Shown here in pieces: positions 45,712 to 55,443 of a stretch of 64,000 nt of DNA; positions within the stretch are counted from its first letter, which is position 1; every line of letters starts with the position of its first letter. The notes beneath the pieces are model-generated. The model searched no databases. It saw only the letters and a list, made by a program, of their open reading frames with translations, and was not told where the DNA came from. The position numbers and the translations under genes are program-made. Source of the stretch: a virus; IMG/VR virus record IMGVR_UViG_3300035158_000183, positions 1-64,000 of that record. One strand, 5' to 3'.

Positions 45712-46680
45712 ATGAGTCACCAACAGCATTTTATTAATGGCAATCAGATATTCTCACTCCCAGCAGAAGACGACTACAACCTGATCAATATACCCAACTT
45801 GACCATAAGCCGGCCGGGATTATATCCATCCGAGGCATCGGTCGAGTTCATGGATAATGGCCAGAAGATAGTCGTTGGCAAGTGTATGCGGGCGGCGTGG
45901 TATCGGGCCATGGGTGTACAGCCCACCAGGCCGGTCAGCCCGGGACTGGCCATAAAGGGTCGCCTGGGCAAGTGGGCAGAGCAGGGAATGATAGATGAGT
46001 GGAAGAAGGCCGGGCTCTATGTCCAGAGCAATGTGAAGTTCTACAACAAAGCCCTAGCTCTCTCAGGAGAGCTTGATGCGGTCCTCAGGAACCCGCTCAC
46101 TGGCCACCTGATAGGCCTGGAGATGAAGACCTTCTATGGGTACCCAGCTAACAGGAGCATCTGTGGTGTCAAGAGGGAGAAGGGTACCGGCAGGTTTATA
46201 GCTGGACGGCCGAAGGATGACCACTTCTTGCAGGCCTGCGTATATGCCTGGGAATACCGAGGGATGTTGGACGAGTACAGGCTGTACTACCTGGAGAGAG
46301 GCGACGGCCACAGGATAGAATTTAAGATAGGCTTTGCCTTGAGATCTGATGGCACACATCAATGCTTCTGGGAGCAGTTGCCAGGCAACTACTGGAACGC
46401 CTATCAAGACGGACCAGTCCTACAACCTTATGCTATAGAGGGTATCCATGGCCGGTATAAGACTCTACTATCTTGTATAGCCAAGGCACAGATACCGCCG
46501 AAGGACTTCGAGAGTATCTGGGATGCAGACATGGTGGAATACAGATTTCAGCGTGGTGACATATCCAAGACCAACTACGATAAGTGGGGTAAGAACCCGA
46601 AGAAGAATCCCCTGGGGGATTGGCACTGTTCCTATTGCGACTACTCAGAGCAGTGCAAGCAGGATGAACTGACATCATAA
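45712..46680 (+). CDS. Cas4-like PD-(D/E)XK exonuclease
   Basis: CMRAAWY, SGELD, EMKT, LQACVY, CSYC.....C. Confidence 0.75.
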   Translation: MSHQQHFINGNQIFSLPAEDDYNLINIPNLTISRPGLYPSEASVEFMDNGQKIVVGKCMRAAWYRAMGVQPTRPVSPGLAIKGRLGKWAEQGMIDEWKKAGLYVQSNVKFYNKALALSGELDAVLRNPLTGHLIGLEMKTFYGYPANRSICGVKREKGTGRFIAGRPKDDHFLQACVYAWEYRGMLDEYRLYYLERGDGHRIEFKIGFALRSDGTHQCFWEQLPGNYWNAYQDGPVLQPYAIEGIHGRYKTLLSCIAKAQIPPKDFESIWDADMVEYRFQRGDISKTNYDKWGKNPKKNPLGDWHCSYCDYSEQCKQDELTS

Positions 46681-46691
46681 CGGAGGACAGT

Positions 46692-47333
46692 ATGAGAGCA
46701 GCCGTCGATATGGATGGGACCATAGCCGACTTCACAACTGCGTCATTTAATAGAGTGGAAGAGTTGTATGGCATCAAGATGACCAGAGCAGATGCCTATA
46801 AACCGAAGACAGCTCAGCTTGTATGGGAGCGGATGACGGATGAGCAGAGGTCTAAGTATGGAGATCACAGGGAGCTATACGGAGAGATCTGTGACAGTGG
46901 ATTCTTCCTCAACCTAAAGCCATTTCCAGGTGCAGTGGAGGCGGTGAAGCAGCTATACAACACCGGAGTAGAAATAATTTTTCTGACGAAGGTCCTTAAC
47001 TGGGAACGCTCTGCCCCAGAGAAGGCCCTCTGGCTTAAGAAATACTTCGGTGATATCAAGTATCTCACACTCATGACCGACTCTGTCCATGGGAAACGGA
47101 TTGCGGACGTAGATGTGTTTATTGATGATGATCTGCGAGTGATGGAGACTATCAAGGATACTCCTAAGATACTTATCAAGCAGCCGTGGAACCAACGTGG
47201 CTGGGACACCCACTATCCGGTGGCGGAGGACTTCGTCCAAGCAGCAGAGCTTGCCCTACTCTTGAAGAACGAGAAAAGTCAATGGAACAAGTACTGGAGA
47301 GAACAAGATGAGACCCAGACTTCTAGATCTTGA
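46692..47333 (+). CDS. 5'(3')-deoxyribonucleotidase (HAD family)
   Basis: DMDGTIAD, FFLNLKPFPGA, EK..WL, FIDD, PWN. Confidence 0.88.
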   Translation: MRAAVDMDGTIADFTTASFNRVEELYGIKMTRADAYKPKTAQLVWERMTDEQRSKYGDHRELYGEICDSGFFLNLKPFPGAVEAVKQLYNTGVEIIFLTKVLNWERSAPEKALWLKKYFGDIKYLTLMTDSVHGKRIADVDVFIDDDLRVMETIKDTPKILIKQPWNQRGWDTHYPVAEDFVQAAELALLLKNEKSQWNKYWREQDETQTSRS

Positions 47334-49755
47334 GGCAATGACCACGGCCCTGAAGCCGTACCTGGAACAGTATCTACAAGAACATGGGATAGATACTACT
47401 AAGAATTTCAGCTGCCTCAACCCAGCCCATCCTGATAACAATCCCAGCATGACCTGCAAGCAGTATCCTGAGCAGGCGTTCTGTTTCGGGTGCCACCAGG
47501 CAGCAGACATCTTCGCAGCAGCCCACTTCCTGGAGAATAAGCCGCTGAAGGGCAAGGAGTTTATCGAAGAGAACGTCCTATACTTGGCAGGCAAATACGG
47601 TGTACAGATCCAGCTTGAGGACCTGACCCAGGAAGAGATCTATGAGTATCGGACCTATGCCGCCTACAAGCTGGCGGCTGAACTGGTGGCTGACCCAGAA
47701 TTCGGGGACTACAGCAACGTGGATAACGAGATCGCAGCCAGGAAGTGGGATAAGGACAAGCTGGCTGGCTGGGGTGTCGGCACGGTAGACTATAAAACCT
47801 TTAGGGACAGGCTAGAGAAAGCCGGATATACATACGACTTTCGGGGTGGGGTGGACCTGGAGCGGCCTAACCTGTTCAACTCTCACAACTTGTTGTTCAC
47901 TATCTATGATGACATGGGCCGGCCGGTGGGGTTCGCGGCTAAGAACCTGAGGCATGACCCGGACAATGAGAACTCAGGGCCCAAGTACATCAATACCAGC
48001 GGGACGGGCTTGGAGTGTGCCATCTTCAAGAAGGGCGAGAGGTTGTATGGTCTTGAGATTGCTAAGGAAGCGACCAGCCCACTCTATATATTTGAGGGTC
48101 AGGCTGATGTAATTACAGCCAGACACCATGGTCTGATGAACTGTTGCTGTACAATGGGCACCGCCCTGACGGATCATCACGTCAACCTACTGAAGAAGCA
48201 TGGGATATTCAATATAGTCCTGGTATTTGACGGCGATGAAGCCGGCAACCTGGCCGTCCAGAAAGCCCTGGATGAGAAGTTCGGTAACGAGAGAGACTTC
48301 AGGATCAAGCTGTGCCAGCTACCAGCAGACACCGATCCGGACGAGCTGCTCCGGACCAAGGGTATAGATGAGTTCGTCAGGCTTAAGAAGTGGACCGCCT
48401 TCGAGTGGCGTATGATGCGGTTCATGGAGGAGTCGGCTGGCGAGCTAGATGAGGATAAGAAGCAGGAAATAGCTGACAAAATGGCTCGGATTATTGTTTT
48501 TGAGCAGAGCTATATACACCAGGAGGAGATGTGCAAGCAGGTTGCCCGGATGACGGGGTACGAATTATCCACCATAATCTCAGAGGTTAAGCGGCTCAGG
48601 AGCGAGAAGGAGGCAGAGGTCCAAGCAAAGAAGAAGAATGCAATCGAGGCCCTGCTGTACGAGGTGAGACAGAACCCAGATGATGCGGAGATGGCCCTGG
48701 TCCAAGCGCAGCAAACACTAGAGGATATTAACAAATCCGTCCAGGGAGACGAACTTGGATCCTCAGTCCTCCGGTTTATACTCGCCCAGAAGGAAGCAGA
48801 TGAGGCTAAATCTGGTGACTTCGCTGGATTCTTCCTGAAGCCGTACGGCCTTGGTGGTGTAGGCGCCAGGCTGGATGACGACTGGAAGTCGGCCAACCTA
48901 TTCTACATCGGCGGCAGTGAGCAGGCTGGAAAGACAACATTCTGCTCCCAGCTTGCTTACGAGATAGCCGACGACCCCAGGAACAATGCTATCTGCATCT
49001 ATCTATCGGTGGACGACACAGCTAGATATATTATCTACAAGATGGTATGTAACGCCACGGCGGACACCAAACTGTTCCTGAACCACGTGTCCAGCCCCAG
49101 GTACTGGGCCAGCCAGGAGGGCTTCGAATATGTGCCCGAACTACGAGAACAGGGCTATCGTAAGATCATCCAGATGGTCAAAGATGAAAAGGTTATTATT
49201 AAGGACGGCAGTGACGGCCAGTCCACAATCTATGCAGAGACACTAGCCCGGTACTACAGAGAAAAGCACCCAGAGAAGAACATCGTACTATTCATAGACA
49301 ACTTCTATAAGCTGATAGATTACGCAGAAATAGCCGGCCACGAGAGGCCCAAAAGGATTAGTGCCAGACTAAAGAACATGTGCGTAGCGAACAATATCAC
49401 CATCATATCTACCGTGGAGTACAGGAAGCTGGTCAAGGGCGAGAAGCCCAGCAACATGGCTATAGCTGAAAGCCGGGCCCTAGCCTATGACAGCAACGTC
49501 ATAATCCACCTGCACAATGATGTACACTATGACGGAGAGGAGGCCATCCTGGTACACCAGGACGAGAACGGGAAGGTCCTGCCAAGGATCTGGTGTAAGT
49601 TCGGTAAGAATAAGGTCTCTGGGTACGAGGGCAGAGAGTTCGTGGACCTGTACCCAGCCGCTGGCACAATGAGGGCCGTGGACTTGGACGTGGCCCTACG
49701 GGAGCAGAAGGCTCGGATAGAGTTCCTGAAAGAAAACAAATCCAAAGGTTTTTAG
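47308..49755 (+). CDS. DNA primase (CHC2 Zn finger + TOPRIM) fused to DnaB-like helicase
   Basis: CLNPAH..PS..CFGC, PKYIN, EGQAD, FDGDEAG, DPD; GSEQAGKTT, LFIDN, KNK. Confidence 0.9.
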   Translation: MRPRLLDLEAMTTALKPYLEQYLQEHGIDTTKNFSCLNPAHPDNNPSMTCKQYPEQAFCFGCHQAADIFAAAHFLENKPLKGKEFIEENVLYLAGKYGVQIQLEDLTQEEIYEYRTYAAYKLAAELVADPEFGDYSNVDNEIAARKWDKDKLAGWGVGTVDYKTFRDRLEKAGYTYDFRGGVDLERPNLFNSHNLLFTIYDDMGRPVGFAAKNLRHDPDNENSGPKYINTSGTGLECAIFKKGERLYGLEIAKEATSPLYIFEGQADVITARHHGLMNCCCTMGTALTDHHVNLLKKHGIFNIVLVFDGDEAGNLAVQKALDEKFGNERDFRIKLCQLPADTDPDELLRTKGIDEFVRLKKWTAFEWRMMRFMEESAGELDEDKKQEIADKMARIIVFEQSYIHQEEMCKQVARMTGYELSTIISEVKRLRSEKEAEVQAKKKNAIEALLYEVRQNPDDAEMALVQAQQTLEDINKSVQGDELGSSVLRFILAQKEADEAKSGDFAGFFLKPYGLGGVGARLDDDWKSANLFYIGGSEQAGKTTFCSQLAYEIADDPRNNAICIYLSVDDTARYIIYKMVCNATADTKLFLNHVSSPRYWASQEGFEYVPELREQGYRKIIQMVKDEKVIIKDGSDGQSTIYAETLARYYREKHPEKNIVLFIDNFYKLIDYAEIAGHERPKRISARLKNMCVANNITIISTVEYRKLVKGEKPSNMAIAESRALAYDSNVIIHLHNDVHYDGEEAILVHQDENGKVLPRIWCKFGKNKVSGYEGREFVDLYPAAGTMRAVDLDVALREQKARIEFLKENKSKGF

Positions 49756-50120
49756 TTATCTGTATTTATATGCATGCTATGTCGGGTTTAGGAGGTATCA
49801 TGAGCAAAGCAATCGGGGCACTAGGCGCTGCCGAGGCTGCAGACCTAGTGCTAAAAACTGACGTCGTAAGCAGAGTCATAGACGACGCTACGAAGAGAAC
49901 TAAGGAAACAGCAGACTTCTTCGAGGAAATCGGAGAAGGTATCGAGGAGGACGAAGATGACTTACCTGTGCAGTAATTGCGGACAGGAATTCAACCATTC
50001 TGGTGACGTAGACACGCGGGAATGCCCATTCTGCCAGTCAGATAAGAGCAACCACGTATCTCAGCCACTCAGCACACTCAGCGACTACGATAAGTTCAGG
50101 GTTCCACCACACGAGGGCTA

Positions 50121-50846
50121 ATGCGTCTGGAGCCGCCCGACATAGCATGCTTTATTTACTGCCCCATCCTCCTCAAGAAGCAACAGCAGGAGAGGATATT
50201 TCCTCCCCTGACCCTATCCGAGGAGTGCACCAGGCAGGCATTCATTGATGCAGAGCGTGGCGCAGCCCTGAAAGACAGTATAGTCAGCCCCAGGAAGCTC
50301 ACACAGGCCTGGGACCAACTATGGTGGCCATTGGCAGCCCAGGAGGGTCTGGGCATGGCCAGGGCCGATGACCTTGCTGTAGAGGCTGCTACGAGGTTCT
50401 CAGACTATTGTAAGTATGATATCTCCGGGTGGATGTATCCGACGCTTGGAGCCGAGGTGGAGAGCCAGATTCGTGTAGGTGAAAGTGTGATAGCCGCCAG
50501 AGCCGATGTGGTGAAGATAGACCTGAGCGAGAACCGCAGAAATACGGTCCTGGTCAACTTCAACCGCAAGGGCTTGACACTGAGCGGTGCAGCTCTTGAT
50601 GCGGCCATCCACACCATAGCCTATGCCTTCTACAGTGGCAGAAGCGAAGTGGTAACGCATGTTTGCGTAGACCTCAGTGATGGCCTGGAGAAGCTCTCCG
50701 TGGTAACTTCAACTTTTCGCCCAGAAGATATGGAACAGATCCGCAAGATGTTATATCATGTAGAGTGCGGCATTCGTTCTGGGGTTCACTATGCCAACCC
50801 CAACCTATGCAAGGAATGTGGAATATGCCCGAGTTTTACCTTATAA
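50121..50846 (+). CDS. Degenerate PD-(D/E)XK/Cas4-like protein
   Basis: N-terminal FIYCP, ARADVV, C-terminal CKECGIC; catalytic ExK not evident. Confidence 0.45.
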   Translation: MRLEPPDIACFIYCPILLKKQQQERIFPPLTLSEECTRQAFIDAERGAALKDSIVSPRKLTQAWDQLWWPLAAQEGLGMARADDLAVEAATRFSDYCKYDISGWMYPTLGAEVESQIRVGESVIAARADVVKIDLSENRRNTVLVNFNRKGLTLSGAALDAAIHTIAYAFYSGRSEVVTHVCVDLSDGLEKLSVVTSTFRPEDMEQIRKMLYHVECGIRSGVHYANPNLCKECGICPSFTL

Positions 50847-51127
50847 ATGAGCGCCGGTTTCCACTGAACGTGACGATGCCCAGGGCCGACTTGCTCTCAT
50901 ACCACAGGTGGGAGCATAGGGTCACAATAGGCCACTCGGGGAGACGGTTCATGGTATGCCTGGACAACCTCCTACAGACCGTATACATCGAGGAGATAAC
51001 CAGCGGACAGGGCAAGAGAGTAGAGGATGACTCGCTATTCGAAGGACTCGCCACATGGGCAAGGGACGAAGGGTACCTGGATATAATGCTGCCCATGCTC
51101 AAGAATGCCGATGAGAGGTTTGTATGA
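50825..51127 (+). CDS. Hypothetical protein
   Basis: ORF in gene run. Confidence 0.55.
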   Translation: MPEFYLINERRFPLNVTMPRADLLSYHRWEHRVTIGHSGRRFMVCLDNLLQTVYIEEITSGQGKRVEDDSLFEGLATWARDEGYLDIMLPMLKNADERFV

Positions 51128-51347
51128 ACCCTAGATGCACAGAGCTTGAGAATGCCATCAAGAAACGCCTGGACGACTTCCTTGGAGAGACGCTGACGGA
51201 CAAGCTCAGGCACGAGATCTACCAGGAGGTCCTGCAGATACTCCGGGGAGCCATGGCCAACGGCACTATAAAATCTATGCCTAAGGTAGAAGTAATCGCA
51301 AAAGTCAATGAGGTCAGGGTAATCATAGGCGATGAAGAGATCTAGCT

Positions 51348-52412
51348 ATGAGTAAATACAGGAACTGGACAGATAAGCAGCTATCATTCCTACTGGACAA
51401 TTATGGCAAGGTAGGAGTAGAAAAAATAAGCCGTGAGATCAGCAAGCCGGTTGGATCTATATACTACATACTTAATAAGGAGAACATCGACCTAGAGAAA
51501 CAATGGTGGTCCAGGGACGAAGTAAAGATGCTTAAAGAACTGTACCCCAACCACTCTAACCAGGAATTAGAACAGATATTTTCTAGGTCAGAGGACGCAA
51601 TACAGCTGAAGGCGGCATCACTAGGACTCAAGAAAGACAAATGGTGGTCCGAAGAAGATGTAGAACTACTGCGCGAAATGGTGCTAGATGGACTATCATG
51701 TACCAAGATGGCCAAAACATTTGGACGGACAAGAGCAGCCGTATATAACAAGTTACGAGATGAGAAGCTTACAAACGAATGCAGGCGCTGGACTGACGCC
51801 GAACTCGCCAAGATAAAAAGCATGGCGCTTTCAAGGAATTACACGTACATGGATATTGCTATGGAGCTAGCAGCGACACCAGGCCAAGTGCATATGGCGT
51901 GTAAGCACTACGGCTGGCATGACCAAATCAAACGGACGCTATCATATGGTAACGATAAAATGGTCTCCATTCTTCGCAAACTGTTTCCTAACTACACGAT
52001 TAAGCAAGAATACCACGTGGGAGAGAGGCTAAGACTTGACGCGTATATTAATGAGCTGAACATTGGATTTGAGTATGACGGCATACAGCATTTCCGCTAC
52101 ACGCCTCAATGGCATCGGACTAAGGCAGAATTTCAACGCGCGCTAGACCGCGACAAGAGGAAAGAGGAACTGTGTAGGCAGAATAGGATAACTCTTATAC
52201 GCATCAAATACGACGAGGACTGCACACCAGATCTAATCACCAAGAAAGTCTCGTCAGCTATGATGGCTGGGGCCATCAGCCGATCCAGCGATAAAATCGC
52301 TCAGATTGCCATGAATAAGCCAAAGGCCAAGATACCACATCCTAAGAAGTATAACTGGCCCAAGGGGAAGAAGATCCCCAGTAGGCCATTCCCGAAGAGG
52401 AAGAAGCAATGA
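51348..52412 (+). CDS. Repeated HTH units plus Vsr/PDDEXK-like endonuclease (homing-endonuclease-like)
   Basis: Four W(T/S)xxE/Q helical repeats; LRLDAYI..IGFEYDGIQH..RDKRK..LIRIKY. Confidence 0.75.
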   Translation: MSKYRNWTDKQLSFLLDNYGKVGVEKISREISKPVGSIYYILNKENIDLEKQWWSRDEVKMLKELYPNHSNQELEQIFSRSEDAIQLKAASLGLKKDKWWSEEDVELLREMVLDGLSCTKMAKTFGRTRAAVYNKLRDEKLTNECRRWTDAELAKIKSMALSRNYTYMDIAMELAATPGQVHMACKHYGWHDQIKRTLSYGNDKMVSILRKLFPNYTIKQEYHVGERLRLDAYINELNIGFEYDGIQHFRYTPQWHRTKAEFQRALDRDKRKEELCRQNRITLIRIKYDEDCTPDLITKKVSSAMMAGAISRSSDKIAQIAMNKPKAKIPHPKKYNWPKGKKIPSRPFPKRKKQ

Positions 52413-53014
52413 AGAGAATAGAGGACACCAAGTGTAATCAGTGCAGCGAGCAGAACCTAGAGTTTATTCCTCAAGATGACGACCTTGCCAGCGAAGTAGT
52501 GGAAACCGACTGGTTTACATTTGGTACAATTCGATGTAAGAGCTGCAACGCTTCCTGGGTCTTGCAGTTTGATTTCTCTAAGCCACAACCCATGGGGAAA
52601 GTTTGAGGATCCAGACAATGCCTAAAGTAACAATAGAATTCAATCTACCAGAAGAACGGCCGGAGTACATGATGGCTGTTAACGCTGGAGAGTACTATGG
52701 AGCCCTATGGGAGTTCTATCAATACCTACGCCGTCTGTGGAAGGATGGCGACATGGATTCGGACACCTACAAGGTGGTCGAGGAAATCTGGGACAGGTTC
52801 TGCGACGAGGCAGGCACCCTGCTACATGGGAGTTAATCATGTTTGAACTGGACGACGAAGCTGCCATTGGCGTAGCTAATGTGAAGTGCCCGAACTGTGG
52901 AAAGAGGATCCAGCTGGACACCACCCCCTATGAGATGGATGGAGACATGGAGTGCGCGTACTGTGGGTGGGTGACAGGAGCATGGCAATTTGACATAGAT
53001 TTAGGAGAAGAAAC

Positions 53015-53461
53015 ATGGGGAACCTAGAGAACTTCCACGGCATCAAGATAAAGTCTGATGGCACTCCGCAGGGGACATATATCACCACAACTGACGGAGC
53101 ACCGATCAACACGGTAACCAAGTTTAGTGTGGTCATGGATGCTAACGCCCCAGCTGGCAGGATGTGCAGGTGTATCCTGGAGTGCTTCCTGCCCGAGCTG
53201 GAAATGGAGATACCCCCTGAGCACGTAGACTATGTCCCTGGTAGCCTGAAGCAGTGTCCTAAGTGCAGTAAGGAGCTGAAACCCGAGATGGTAATGCGCA
53301 GCTCACCGATGGCACCAGACATACCTACTGCTAGATATACCTGTAAGCCCTGCGACTATGAGCAGGAGTATGAGTTTAAGTTGGATATGGATAGTGACAG
53401 ACCTGACCAAGCGGCCATAGCTGAAGCCATTAAGGAGGTTGAGAAGGATGGTGGGAAGTAG
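53015..53461 (+). CDS. Hypothetical protein with Zn-ribbon, paralog of 11158..11412
   Basis: SDGT..GT motif; CPKC/CKPC. Confidence 0.6.
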   Translation: MGNLENFHGIKIKSDGTPQGTYITTTDGAPINTVTKFSVVMDANAPAGRMCRCILECFLPELEMEIPPEHVDYVPGSLKQCPKCSKELKPEMVMRSSPMAPDIPTARYTCKPCDYEQEYEFKLDMDSDRPDQAAIAEAIKEVEKDGGK

Positions 53462-54056
53462 AATAGTTTGCTGTAATAAGTGTGGAAACGAACTCTTCTA
53501 CCTGAAAGACGGGTACAAGATGGCCTGCCAGGTGGTCTGCGTCGCCTGTGGGGACAAGAAGAACGGCAAGAAGACCAAGAAGAAGGGTATCAAGGCTACA
53601 GCGGCGGGCAACTTTGCTCGTACCAAGAAGGGCAAGCGGAAGGACGTACATCCTACGTACAGCTTTAACTCTGCTACAGAGGCTAACTTTGCTAGGATAT
53701 TGGAGTTTTTAGAGGTGGACTGGAAGTACGAAGAGCGAGCCTTCACATTCACTAATTATAAGACCAAGCCTCATGTATATATCATGGACTTCGAGATTAC
53801 TGGAGGCCGGCGGGGCAAGAAGGACGGCCTGCTGCACGGGTTCTATGAAATCAAGGGCTACATGGATGCTCGGAGCAGGAACAAGCTGCGCAGGCTGAAG
53901 AAGAATTACCCAGAGGAAGCGGCCAAGACCTGCGTAGTCATCTACAACAAGTACAAGAAGAAGGATATAGAGTTCTGTAAGAAGCTGGGCTTCAGGTATA
54001 TACTCTACGATGCCCTGACTGAGAAATATGAACCACAAATACCCACATGGGAATAG
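53439..54056 (+). CDS. T7 endonuclease I-like PD-(D/E)XK nuclease (putative resolvase)
   Basis: FNSATEANFA..WKYE..YIMDF..EIKGY. Confidence 0.7.
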   Translation: MRRMVGSRIVCCNKCGNELFYLKDGYKMACQVVCVACGDKKNGKKTKKKGIKATAAGNFARTKKGKRKDVHPTYSFNSATEANFARILEFLEVDWKYEERAFTFTNYKTKPHVYIMDFEITGGRRGKKDGLLHGFYEIKGYMDARSRNKLRRLKKNYPEEAAKTCVVIYNKYKKKDIEFCKKLGFRYILYDALTEKYEPQIPTWE

Positions 54057-54059
54057 ATA

Positions 54060-54323
54060 ATGGCCAAGCAAAGAAGGAAGTTCCTGATCACTTATGAGGC
54101 CCTGACTATAATGCTTGGGCTCGAGCCCGGATCAGTACTCCGGGTGGATAACAACGCTGGCTGTGAGAGAATAGAAATCATCACCGATGATGAGCGGTTT
54201 GCCAAGCAAGTACTAGAGAATGCGGAAATCCCGTGCCATATGGTAGAGTTTATACAGCTCGTTGTCCCGGATTTAAGAAGTGCTTATACCCAACAGCAAG
54301 AAGAGACTCCTGAGAAAGTATGA
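54060..54323 (+). CDS. Hypothetical protein
   Basis: ORF in gene run. Confidence 0.5.
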   Translation: MAKQRRKFLITYEALTIMLGLEPGSVLRVDNNAGCERIEIITDDERFAKQVLENAEIPCHMVEFIQLVVPDLRSAYTQQQEETPEKV

Positions 54324-54867
54324 GGCCACCCTGTTCTACAGGGAGGACTTCCCGGAGGAGGACAGGCTATATAGCTTTTACCTACTATTGCGCCCGGCCT
54401 TGGGGTGGTTGGTCCCTGACCTGAAGGCCTGCGGCCTTAACTCTGATGAGGTAGAGTCCGAGCTGTTTCTATTTATTGCTGGCCTGTTTCAGCGCTTTGA
54501 TAATACCAAGAGCAGCATTATCCCCTATCTGGAGAAGCAGATACCCTGGAAGACCCGTGACCTACTGCAGACTCTACGGAAGAACATCCTGCCGGAGACA
54601 CCCAGTGGGTGGTGCCGGGTGGACGAACCCTATGAAATGAATGAGGAATTCTATTGGCGGAGCCCCGGTATACTATTCGAGGACAGGTATGTCGGAAAGT
54701 GCTTTACACGAAGCGAAAAATACATTATAAATATAATACTTACGGCTGATGATAGTGATCTATCTCAGCAGAGGCTTGCCGACGCTGGCAAGATAGATAG
54801 AAGGAAAGTTAAAGAGATCCTCTCAGAAGTGGGAGAGATCATACAATCGGAGGAAGTCAATGCCTGA
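54280..54867 (+). CDS. Divergent sigma70-like factor (regions 2 and 4)
   Basis: DEVESELFLFIAGLFQRFDNTKSSIIPYL (region 2-like); FTRSEKYII..LSQQRLADAGKIDRRKV (region 4 HTH-like). Confidence 0.5.
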   Translation: MLIPNSKKRLLRKYEATLFYREDFPEEDRLYSFYLLLRPALGWLVPDLKACGLNSDEVESELFLFIAGLFQRFDNTKSSIIPYLEKQIPWKTRDLLQTLRKNILPETPSGWCRVDEPYEMNEEFYWRSPGILFEDRYVGKCFTRSEKYIINIILTADDSDLSQQRLADAGKIDRRKVKEILSEVGEIIQSEEVNA

Positions 54868-55435
54868 CGAATTTAACCCAGATGCAGTTCGCAATCCATC
54901 ATCCGGCCTACTGGCCCGCAACCCCACTCACATTCAGGAGGCTAAGGATGCTGATGACCAGAGTGATATCGTGAATGCCATCAAACAGAGCGGCGTTAAG
55001 AGGATGCGGATCCGCCACGACTACACTGACGTGGACAAGTCCAATCCCCCGCCCCTAGTAGGTGTGCTTAAGATCCGCGACATGACCGAGGAGGCAGCTG
55101 TTAACTTCTGCAAGAACCTCATGCGGAGCCGGCCGAACATCTTCACAGTCCATATTAAGCTGGGCGACTATCCCAATGCTCGCCGCCTGGACAATAGTAA
55201 GACCAGGATGCTCAACGCCAACAAAGCACGGTTCAATACAGAGGTCGGCGCCAAGATGGGCGAGATCCTGGCTGACCGGAACATGAATGTGACGGAACTC
55301 AAGTACATTGTCAGCAGCGCAGAGCCGGGCCGCTTTGACGCCACCAGCGAGGTATATGGCACCACCCAGGAAGAATACTTTGATGACGAGCACTTCAAGC
55401 CCGTCATAGAGTTTGAATTTATCAAAACTACATAG
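54860..55435 (+). CDS. Hypothetical protein
   Basis: GGAGG SD; 191 aa. Confidence 0.65.
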   Translation: MPDEFNPDAVRNPSSGLLARNPTHIQEAKDADDQSDIVNAIKQSGVKRMRIRHDYTDVDKSNPPPLVGVLKIRDMTEEAAVNFCKNLMRSRPNIFTVHIKLGDYPNARRLDNSKTRMLNANKARFNTEVGAKMGEILADRNMNVTELKYIVSSAEPGRFDATSEVYGTTQEEYFDDEHFKPVIEFEFIKTT

Positions 55436-55443
55436 AGCAGTAG

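Noticed and set aside
45712-46680. Cas4-like gene as part of a CRISPR-Cas system
   Set aside because: No cas1/cas2 or array nearby; solo Cas4-like nucleases are common in phage replication modules
34230-49755. Cellular chromosome origin suggested by recA, dnaE, map and cca
   Set aside because: rIIA/rIIB, primase-helicase fusion, lysins, dense small unknown ORFs and the lack of housekeeping operons point to a large phage
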